Shown: piece by piece, positions 56,579 through 64,000 of the stretch
Layout: each line of letters begins with the position of its first letter
Numbering within the stretch: position 1 is the stretch's first letter
Source: an uncultured Woeseia sp.
GTDB lineage: Bacteria; Pseudomonadota; Gammaproteobacteria; Steroidobacterales; UBA11654
Direction of reading: 5' to 3'
Length of the DNA: 64,000 nt
Assembly: GCA_964629335.1 (NCBI GenBank)
Contig: CAZVRH010000001.1
Coordinates: forward strand, 14,788-78,787
Translations under genes and position numbers: made by a program
Notes under the pieces: model-generated
Databases searched by the model: none
Seen by the model: only the letters and a program-made list of their open reading frames with translations
Told to the model about the DNA's origin: nothing

Positions 56579-57544
56579 GTGATGCGATTAAAAAGAAACT
56601 CAAAAGATAGAATCAAGACATCAGAGATTACACCAGAATCTATTTATCTTAATCGTCGCTCAATTCTTCAAGCATTTGGAACATTAACAACTGGATTAGC
56701 AACCAATCTTGTTTCAATGAGCTCCGTGAGTGCCAATGAAAGGACGTTGCAATTTATTAATAACGCAAAATACTCAACCGATGAAACTATCAATAGTTTT
56801 GAAGATATAACGACTTACAATAATTTCTATGAGTTTGGTATGCAAAAAAGTGACCCCTTCAACAACAGCAGTGCATTTGAACCTAAACCCTGGACAGTAA
56901 AAGTTAGTGGCAAAGCAACAAAAACAGGAATTTTCGATCTGGATGATCTTATTGACTTCAATGCTCTAGAAGAAAGGATCTATAGATTAAGGTGTGTGGA
57001 AGCTTGGTCGATGGTGATTCCCTGGATTGGAATCCCACTTGCTTCGATCATAAAAAAATTAGAACCCACATTGGATGCAAAATATGTTGCATTTGAGACC
57101 GTTTATAGGCCTGAACAAATGCCAGGACAAAGGCGCCGTATTCTAGACTGGCCTTATATTGAAGGACTGACGATGCCAGAAGCAATGCACCCTCTAACAA
57201 TTATTGCTGTTGGTTTATATGGCAAAGAATTATTAAATCAAAACGGTGCCCCTATGCGATTGGTGGTTCCTTGGAAGTACGGCTTCAAAAGCATTAAATC
57301 AATAAATAAAATTCATTTTTCATCAAATCAACCTCGAACCAGTTGGAATATATCAGCACCCAATGAATACGGCTTTCTTGCTAACGTTAATCCAAATGTG
57401 GATCATCCTCGATGGAGTCAAGCACAGGAACGAAGAATAGGCTCAGGGTTCTTTGGAGCAAAACAACCCACACTTATGTTCAATGGTTATACAGAGGAAG
57501 TTGCAAACCTGTATACAGGGATTAATCTTCAACGCAATTTTTAA
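56579..57544 (+). CDS. msrP: protein-methionine-sulfoxide reductase catalytic subunit MsrP (YedY), molybdoenzyme
   Basis: Tat-like [10 protein letters not shown]. Has [24 protein letters not shown] and [18 protein letters not shown] 56579 or ATG 56582 start. Confidence 0.92.
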   Translation: MMRLKRNSKDRIKTSEITPESIYLNRRSILQAFGTLTTGLATNLVSMSSVSANERTLQFINNAKYSTDETINSFEDITTYNNFYEFGMQKSDPFNNSSAFEPKPWTVKVSGKATKTGIFDLDDLIDFNALEERIYRLRCVEAWSMVIPWIGIPLASIIKKLEPTLDAKYVAFETVYRPEQMPGQRRRILDWPYIEGLTMPEAMHPLTIIAVGLYGKELLNQNGAPMRLVVPWKYGFKSIKSINKIHFSSNQPRTSWNISAPNEYGFLANVNPNVDHPRWSQAQERRIGSGFFGAKQPTLMFNGYTEEVANLYTGINLQRNF

Positions 57545-57562
57545 GTTAACAAGACACACAGA

Positions 57563-58147
57563 ATGAAAATTTTAGTTCAACTCGTTCTGGCGGCCAGTTT
57601 GTTACCTTATCTTTTGCTTAATTTTAGAGCCTTTGGATTTTTTGGTGGGCTGGGTGCTAACCCAATTGAGGCCATTATTCATGACACCGGTCTATGGGGT
57701 ATAAGGTTGCTGATTATCACCTTATTGTTGACGCCTATATATCACTATTCAAATCAAGAAATCTTTAGACGATTACCCAAACCGATTGGTTTGATTGCCT
57801 TTTTTTATGTCTTAAATCATTTTCTCTGTTATGCAATCATAGATCAGTCGGCTAACCTTGGCGTTATTGTTGTCGATATAATAGAAACTCCCTACTTAAT
57901 TGTTGGATGGGGAGGCTTTCTATGTTTGCTGGCTGTTGGTTTAGCGTCCTTTAATTCATTTGAAGATTGGTTTAATAAAAACAGATCTTCGATGAGCGGT
58001 TTAGTCTACACTGCAGCAATTCTTGGTGTCTGGCACTATTTCTGGCAAGAAAAAGTTATTGGTTACGAAGCTTTGATTGACACTGTTTTAATATCATTGC
58101 TTATCCTATGGCGTCTGCGGATTAGTGTCGATAAAGCCAAGAGTTAG
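57563..58147 (+). CDS. msrQ: protein-methionine-sulfoxide reductase heme-binding subunit MsrQ (YedZ)
   Basis: 194 aa with 5-6 TM segments and conserved His residues (IHDTG, LNHF, WHYFW). Follows msrP. Confidence 0.88.
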   Translation: MKILVQLVLAASLLPYLLLNFRAFGFFGGLGANPIEAIIHDTGLWGIRLLIITLLLTPIYHYSNQEIFRRLPKPIGLIAFFYVLNHFLCYAIIDQSANLGVIVVDIIETPYLIVGWGGFLCLLAVGLASFNSFEDWFNKNRSSMSGLVYTAAILGVWHYFWQEKVIGYEALIDTVLISLLILWRLRISVDKAKS

Positions 58148-59589
58148 TTATTGCTAACCGCCCAGTTGAGAAGGTCTGTTGTAAAGGTCGCAGTTTCAGA
58201 AGAATGATCAGAAATACTGTTGTGAAGAAAAACAAATGCGTATTCTTTCCCAGAAAGCCCCGTAATAAAACCAGCTAAACCTCTAACTCCGTCCAATGTG
58301 CCTGTTTTAAGCTTGAGTCGGTTTGTGAGCAAATCTGATTTATATTTATTCTCTAACGTTCCATCCACACCAGAGATTGGAAGTGACTTTAAAATTATTT
58401 CTGAAGATGGATGTCGCTTGATTGCTTTAAGTAAACTTAAAACAGCCTCAGGACTGATTGTTGACTTTCTGGAAAGTCCCGATCCATTCTCAAAAAAAGT
58501 ATCGGAATTAATTACCACACCATGATCTATCAGCACATTATTCATAATTCTTCGAGACGTCTTGTAGTTTTTCTGCCCTAAAGATTGGTTGAGGCTGAGA
58601 AATAAATTACGGGCAATCAAATTATCGCTCTCCTTGACAGCTTCGATAATAATTTCCTCAAGACGTGGCGAATCAAACGCTATGATTGGTCTTTTGAGAA
58701 ATCCTGCTTTTCCTTCTCTAATGTATCCGTTGAACAGCCCCCCCGATTCTAACCAGATTTTTTTAAAAGAACCCAAGAAGTAATGATTCGCATCAGTCAG
58801 AGAAATATCGTGCTCAAACTGATTACAATTTCTTGGATATTGACCGTTGACTAGAATAACAAAATTAAACGGTTTTTTTTCTCTGTTCATCTGCGAAAAA
58901 TTCACATGCTCTCTAAAATCACTACATGAACCAGACCCTAGTTCTAACTCGTTAGTAACCGATACATTGTCAGGTAAAAATTCTGGGTTGATCTGGATTG
59001 TGTTATTTGAATTTTTTGTGATTTTAAAATCAATCCTATTGGAATTAATTAGAAATGAACTGTGGGATATATTGTATGGACGAAGTGGATCATCATCGAA
59101 ATCAGCTGTGGAAATTTGGGGTTGCTGAAAAAAATTCTGGTCCACAATTAAACCGTCATTAATGGTCTTAATTCCTAGATTTCTCAATTGTAAAACCATC
59201 TTTTCCAGGCGCTCTATGGTTATATAAGGATCACCACCGCCTTTAAAAATTAGTGAGTCTACTGCTCCATCGTTCACACTGTCTGTACTATAAACTTCTG
59301 TGGTCCAATGAAAATCAGGCTCTAGATGTTCGATTGCTACAAAGGCAGTAAATAGCTTCAGAACGGACGCCGGTGTTCGATTCATCTCTGGATTGAGATT
59401 AATTAACCTGGTGTCGGCATCTACTGGTTGCATGATAATACTGAGGCTTTCTATGGGAATCCCATATTTGTTTGCCAATACTTCAATCTCTTTGGGTAGA
59501 ATCTTTTCTCCATAAGCTGGAGAACTGATGAAAGAAATAACAAGAAGGACGAACAGCAGAGGTTGTTTATTAACGCAACTACTGAACAT
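58144..59589 (-). CDS. dacB: D-alanyl-D-alanine carboxypeptidase/endopeptidase PBP4
   Basis: 481 aa with a signal peptide. Has SxxK (ASVLKLFT), SGLS and KTGTL motifs. Confidence 0.9.
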   Translation of the reverse strand: MFSSCVNKQPLLFVLLVISFISSPAYGEKILPKEIEVLANKYGIPIESLSIIMQPVDADTRLINLNPEMNRTPASVLKLFTAFVAIEHLEPDFHWTTEVYSTDSVNDGAVDSLIFKGGGDPYITIERLEKMVLQLRNLGIKTINDGLIVDQNFFQQPQISTADFDDDPLRPYNISHSSFLINSNRIDFKITKNSNNTIQINPEFLPDNVSVTNELELGSGSCSDFREHVNFSQMNREKKPFNFVILVNGQYPRNCNQFEHDISLTDANHYFLGSFKKIWLESGGLFNGYIREGKAGFLKRPIIAFDSPRLEEIIIEAVKESDNLIARNLFLSLNQSLGQKNYKTSRRIMNNVLIDHGVVINSDTFFENGSGLSRKSTISPEAVLSLLKAIKRHPSSEIILKSLPISGVDGTLENKYKSDLLTNRLKLKTGTLDGVRGLAGFITGLSGKEYAFVFLHNSISDHSSETATFTTDLLNWAVSNN

Positions 59590-59600
59590 TAAGTCATTGT

Positions 59601-60656
59601 CTATTTATAGCTATTGAGTAACTCATTGAGTGCTTTTGAACCTGGGCATAAATCATCATAACCAATCGCGTTCAAGGGGCCATCAATTGTGTTTTCAACT
59701 TCTGAAAAATCAGGCTGAGACTCATTGATATATAAAAGACCCGTTAACACCTCGCCCTTATCAGCAGCCTCTTTAATACCGCGAATCGAAGCTGTCTGAT
59801 CCAACGGGCTAAAACTGTCGTCTGTTTTGCGTAAAACAACTTTCCCCCCTTCATGGAGATCTACTTCTAAACTAGAACCTGCTTCGTATTCAACTTCTAT
59901 TTCTGCGAATGGAGGAATGTAGTCAGCATAAACCGCTTCTCGTTTCGTCTCTCGGGTACTCATGTAGCTTTTGGTAGAGCCTTCATGATCGTTGAATGTC
60001 ACACAGGGCGAAATAACATCTATCATTGCAAAACCACGGTGCATTAAGCCGGCCTTAAGTAATGGAACCAGTTGATCTTTATCACCTGAAAAACTCCTTG
60101 CAACAAAAGTCGCTCCTAAAGTGATAGCAACCATGCAGGGATCAATTGGTGTTTGGACATTAGCCGCTCCTTTTTTTGCTGTTGAGCCTATATCAGCAGA
60201 GGCGGAAAACTGGCCCTTGGTTAATCCATACACTCCATTATTTTCAATCAGATAAAGCATATTCAGATTTCTTCTAATGGCATGAGAGAACTGCCCCATC
60301 CCAATCGAGAGAGTATCCCCGTCCCCTGAGACACCAATACATAGAAGCTGATTATTTGCAGCGTTAGCTCCAGTTGCGACCGACGGCATTCGGCCGTGAA
60401 CAGAATTGAAACCGTGGGACTGACTGGCAAAATAGGCTGGTGTTTTTGATGAACACCCAATTCCACTTAACTTAATCATCCGATGAGGCTCTATATTTAA
60501 ATCAAAGACTGTTTGAATAATTGCCCCTGTAATAGAATCATGCCCGCAACCTGCACAGAGAGTTGACATGACACCTTCATAGTCGTCAAAAGTCATTCCG
60601 AGCTTATTTCTGGGATCGTTATCTCTTATTATTTTTGGCTTCTTTATATAGCTCAT
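59601..60656 (-). CDS. korB: 2-oxoacid:ferredoxin oxidoreductase beta subunit (TPP-binding, KorB-type)
   Basis: 351 aa. Has LCAGCGHD, GIGCSS and GDGD..SIG..(TPP motif)..NNGVYGLTKGQ. Confidence 0.9.
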   Translation of the reverse strand: MSYIKKPKIIRDNDPRNKLGMTFDDYEGVMSTLCAGCGHDSITGAIIQTVFDLNIEPHRMIKLSGIGCSSKTPAYFASQSHGFNSVHGRMPSVATGANAANNQLLCIGVSGDGDTLSIGMGQFSHAIRRNLNMLYLIENNGVYGLTKGQFSASADIGSTAKKGAANVQTPIDPCMVAITLGATFVARSFSGDKDQLVPLLKAGLMHRGFAMIDVISPCVTFNDHEGSTKSYMSTRETKREAVYADYIPPFAEIEVEYEAGSSLEVDLHEGGKVVLRKTDDSFSPLDQTASIRGIKEAADKGEVLTGLLYINESQPDFSEVENTIDGPLNAIGYDDLCPGSKALNELLNSYK

Positions 60657-62461
60657 GCTACTTTTCCTGTATTCAGTTCTGTTTGAATCTGTTCGACAAC
60701 ATCTTTTGGAAAAATTGGTACTCCGTTATAGAGCCGAACAGATTTAATTTTCTTCGCATCCACTCCCGTTTCTGAAATAAGCAATTGTGCCAATTGCCCA
60801 TCACGATTCTGCTCAACAACAAATATCTTTTTATGTGCATCGAGAAACTTGTCGACCTCTTTGGTGAAGGGAAACGCTTTCACCCTTAAATAATTCAATC
60901 GTTGATCCTGTTCTTTCATGATATCCCTAGCTTCCCGAATGGCGTCATCACAACTACCAACACTGATAATGCCTATATCGTTATTCTTGGAGTACGACAC
61001 TGAAGGCTTTGGTACCATCGACTTTGCTGTTTCCCATTTAATCAATAAACGATCGACAACGTCTTGATATTCCGCAGCATCCTCAGTATAACCACCAAAC
61101 CTATTATGACCAGACCCTCTAGTAAAGTATGCTCCCTTCGGATTGGTTCCCGGTATGGTTCGATAAGGTATTCCATCACCGTCGACATCTAAATATCGAG
61201 AATAATTCTCCATTTTTTCTATTTCATCAGAGGACAAAACCTTGCCTCGGTTAGGTTTAAATTTGTCATCCCATTCTAGATCTTTGATCATCCAGTCGTT
61301 CATACCTATATCTAAATCACTTAAAACAAAAACAGGTGTTTGTAATTGTTCAGCGAGATCGAATGCCTCCACCGAAAGATAAAAAGCTTCTTCAGGATTC
61401 GCTGGATAGAGACACACATGCCTAGTATCGCCGTGGGAAGCATAAGCACACAAAGAAATATCTCCTTGTTGGGTTCGAGTGGGCATTCCGGTAGACGGGC
61501 CTGTTCGTTGCACATCAAAGATCACCGTAGGTATTTCAGCGTAATACCCAAAACCAATAAACTCACTCATTAAAGAAATCCCTGGTCCGCTGGTGGGCGT
61601 GAATGATCTGGCACCATTCCATCCTGCTCCGAGTGCCATTCCAATTGCTGCTAATTCGTCTTCAGCTTGGATGATGGAGTAGTTGTTCTTTCCGGTTTTC
61701 TCATCTTTTCTGTAATAAGAGCAATAGCTGGTGAATGCGTCCATTAATGATGTTGATGGGGTAATTGGATACCAAGAACCAACAGTTGCACCAGCAAACA
61801 CACACCCCAATGCAGCGGTTGCATTGCCGTCAATCATAATATACCCGTTAGTCTTCTTCATTGGTTTACTCTTGAAAGGTAGAGGACATTTAAAATGCTC
61901 TTTTGCATAATTAAACCCCATATCAAGTGCCAATTTGTTAGCGTCTATAAGGTGCGTCTTAGAACCGAAAGTGTCTAAAAGTAATTGCTCAATAACTTTT
62001 ATATCCATCTCAAGCAAAGCGGCTAAAACACCTACATAAGCCGTGTTCTTCATTAAAGTTCTCGATCTAGCGGTATCAAAACTCTCATTACACATGTTTG
62101 CAAGTGGAGCTCCTAGAACAGTAACGTCATCTCTTGTCATTAAATCCTCTCTGGGACGAGAAGAGTCGTAAATAAGATATCCACCTGGAGCCACTGACGC
62201 TAAATCTTCACGATAAGTTTGTGCGTTCATAGCAACCATTATGTCTATGCTTCCTGAAGGAGCCAGGTACCCTTCATTACTAACCCGGACTTCGTACCAA
62301 GTTGGGAGACCCTGTATATTTGAAGGAAAATAGTTTTTTCCAACCACTGGTATACCCATTCTAAAAAGACTCTTCATGAACATTCCGTTAGCACTAGAGG
62401 AACCTGTTCCATTAACATTGGCAAACTTTACTGTGAAATTATTATTGCTGGCCTTACTCAT
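60653..62461 (-). CDS. korA: 2-oxoacid:ferredoxin oxidoreductase alpha subunit (fused gamma-alpha, KorA-type)
   Basis: 602 aa. Has an N-terminal gamma-like domain (NVNGTGSSSANGMF) and an alpha domain (GNATAALGCVFAGATVGSWYPITPST). Confidence 0.9.
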   Translation of the reverse strand: MSKASNNNFTVKFANVNGTGSSSANGMFMKSLFRMGIPVVGKNYFPSNIQGLPTWYEVRVSNEGYLAPSGSIDIMVAMNAQTYREDLASVAPGGYLIYDSSRPREDLMTRDDVTVLGAPLANMCNESFDTARSRTLMKNTAYVGVLAALLEMDIKVIEQLLLDTFGSKTHLIDANKLALDMGFNYAKEHFKCPLPFKSKPMKKTNGYIMIDGNATAALGCVFAGATVGSWYPITPSTSLMDAFTSYCSYYRKDEKTGKNNYSIIQAEDELAAIGMALGAGWNGARSFTPTSGPGISLMSEFIGFGYYAEIPTVIFDVQRTGPSTGMPTRTQQGDISLCAYASHGDTRHVCLYPANPEEAFYLSVEAFDLAEQLQTPVFVLSDLDIGMNDWMIKDLEWDDKFKPNRGKVLSSDEIEKMENYSRYLDVDGDGIPYRTIPGTNPKGAYFTRGSGHNRFGGYTEDAAEYQDVVDRLLIKWETAKSMVPKPSVSYSKNNDIGIISVGSCDDAIREARDIMKEQDQRLNYLRVKAFPFTKEVDKFLDAHKKIFVVEQNRDGQLAQLLISETGVDAKKIKSVRLYNGVPIFPKDVVEQIQTELNTGKVA

Positions 62462-64000
62462 TAACCTACTTTCTTAGCTCCCATGGTTTTTGAGGATTGA
62501 TCTTCATCAACAGCATAAGGAATTTCCAATGTAAATTTTTTCATATCAAACGCTGCGGTTGGGCAACGTTCAGCACAAAGTCCGCAATGAATACAAACGT
62601 CTTCGTCTTTGACCATCACCCTTTTAGTTTGAGGCAACTCTTCGGACACAAAGAGCGCTTGTTCTATATTATCAGCCGGAGTTTTTATGGACTTTCTTAA
62701 TTCAGATTCATCGGCATTCTCCGCAATCATAAGGCAATTCACTGGGCAAACGTCAATGCATGCATCGCATTCAATACAAAGTTTGGCTTCAAAGTCGGTC
62801 TGTATATCACAGTTTAGACAACGCTCGACCTCTTTTTTAAACTGACCTGGTTCATAACCAAGCTCAACTTCTATATTGATGTCTTTAAATCTTTTATCCA
62901 TGGGCACGGTGGGAACCTCAAATCTTTTGTCGTACCCATAATCGTTACTGTATGTCCACTCGTGTATACCCATTTTCGCAGTCACTAGATTCATTCCGTA
63001 CGGCAGTCGATCCGTGAGCGATTCGTTTGAACAATACTTATGTATGGAGATGGAAGCTTGATGTCCATGTTCAACCGCTTCGATAATGTTTTTTGGTCCA
63101 AAAGCCGAATCTCCACCAAAAAATATCCCTGAGATAGTAGATTCATAAGTTACGGGATCAACAACAGGCACTTCCCATTGATCAAAATCTAATCCGATAT
63201 CACGCTCCACCCATGGAAAGGAATTTTCCTGCCCGATAGCAAGGATCACTGTATCGCATGGAATAATTACTTCGTCTACTTTTGTTGATGTTAATTTACC
63301 GTTCTCGTCTTCCTCCCATTCAAGAACAGCAAACTTCATACCAACTAAAGTGCCGTCTTCTACAATGTATTCTTCAGGAGAGTGATTTAAAACCAATTCA
63401 ATGTCTTCTTCGAGGGCTGGCTCCAATTCCCAATCAGACGATTTCATTCGATCTCTGGTGCCTCTGTATAGAACCTTAACATCTTTTCCACCAAGTCGAA
63501 GCGATGTGCGACAACAATCCATAGCTGTGTTTCCACCACCAATAATAAGTACGCGTTCTCCCACAGAGTCAATGTGCTCGAACGCAACCGACTCAAGCCA
63601 AGCAATACCAACGAAAATTTGGTCTGTATCGTATCTTCCTGGCAAATCTAGTTCCCTACCCTTTGGAGCTCCCGTGCCTACAAAAATTGCATCATATTCT
63701 TTTTCTAATAAGTCTTTCATGCTTTCTATAGGGTGATTCAAATGAAGATTCACGCCCTGATCCACAATCACATCAAATTCTTCATCTATGACTTCAGGAG
63801 GCAATCTAAATTTAGGAATGTTGCTTCTAATCAATCCACCCATTTTAGGCAGTGATTCAAAAACATCTATTTCATATCCAAGCGGCAACAGGTCATTAGC
63901 TACGGTTAATGATGCACATCCTGCCCCGATGCAAGCAATTCTTTTCCCGTTTTTTTGTTTTGGCACCGGTGGTAAGTGTTCTTTAAAATCAGCTTTTAGA
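62461..64000 (-). CDS. GltD-like NAD(P)H-dependent FAD oxidoreductase fused to a 2x[4Fe-4S] ferredoxin domain (5' end probably outside window)
   Basis: Has IACIGAGCASL (FAD) and LIIGGGNTAMD (NADPH) Rossmann motifs. C-terminal CLNCD...CIECDACIDVCP and CIHCGLCAERCP. The frame stays open upstream of GTG 63966 to the window end (LKADFKEHLPP...). Confidence 0.8.
   Translation of the reverse strand, partial: LKADFKEHLPPVPKQKNGKRIACIGAGCASLTVANDLLPLGYEIDVFESLPKMGGLIRSNIPKFRLPPEVIDEEFDVIVDQGVNLHLNHPIESMKDLLEKEYDAIFVGTGAPKGRELDLPGRYDTDQIFVGIAWLESVAFEHIDSVGERVLIIGGGNTAMDCCRTSLRLGGKDVKVLYRGTRDRMKSSDWELEPALEEDIELVLNHSPEEYIVEDGTLVGMKFAVLEWEEDENGKLTSTKVDEVIIPCDTVILAIGQENSFPWVERDIGLDFDQWEVPVVDPVTYESTISGIFFGGDSAFGPKNIIEAVEHGHQASISIHKYCSNESLTDRLPYGMNLVTAKMGIHEWTYSNDYGYDKRFEVPTVPMDKRFKDINIEVELGYEPGQFKKEVERCLNCDIQTDFEAKLCIECDACIDVCPVNCLMIAENADESELRKSIKTPADNIEQALFVSEELPQTKRVMVKDEDVCIHCGLCAERCPTAAFDMKKFTLEIPYAVDEDQSSKTMGAKKVG

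Overview
This is an AT-rich, very gene-dense chromosomal segment of a gammaproteobacterium, with about 70 CDS, 2 tRNAs and no rRNA. Gene order matches conserved Pseudomonadales-type blocks: ychF-pth-rplY-prs-tRNAGln-lolB / prfA-prmC-moeB; gatCAB / mreBCD; mrdA-rodA-mltB-rlpA-dacA-lipB; murU-amgK / lptD-surA-pdxA-rsmA-apaH; and lgt-thyA. Several usual members are missing (hemA, ispE, apaG, ybeD, maf/rng). Most convergent gene pairs abut or share stop codons. Together this suggests a streamlined, probably marine planktonic genome (lineage is inference only). There are three accessory stretches. (1) 1-8.7 kb holds a Rieske oxygenase, an unknown 203-aa protein, a flavin monooxygenase, DUF2891, an exported D-aminoacylase, a methyltransferase, DUF1015 and a small Cys-rich protein. 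(2) 38.6-56.5 kb holds an exported SDR, a Cys-rich secreted protein with an ECF sigma/anti-sigma pair, two membrane-anchored alpha/beta hydrolases, GNAT, a lipoprotein, a beta-propeller, M20 peptidase, GST, an MFP plus split MacB-type ABC exporter, msrA, a TPR/TonB_C protein, and a DctP-family binding protein with an MFS permease. (3) 59.6-64 kb holds a korAB-type 2-oxoacid:ferredoxin oxidoreductase with a GltD-like flavoprotein/ferredoxin fusion. I saw no CRISPR array, transposase, integrase, phage genes or recognisable defence genes. The best candidate for something undescribed is the self-contained operon of an inner-membrane-tethered DctP-type solute-binding lipoprotein and an MFS permease with no DctQM (54317-56483). 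It sits between msrA and msrPQ. Secondary candidates are the Cys-rich exported protein/ECF module, the oxygenase cluster at the window start, and a core-MetE inserted into the pth-ychF operon. All family assignments come from motif recognition by eye. No searches were run.
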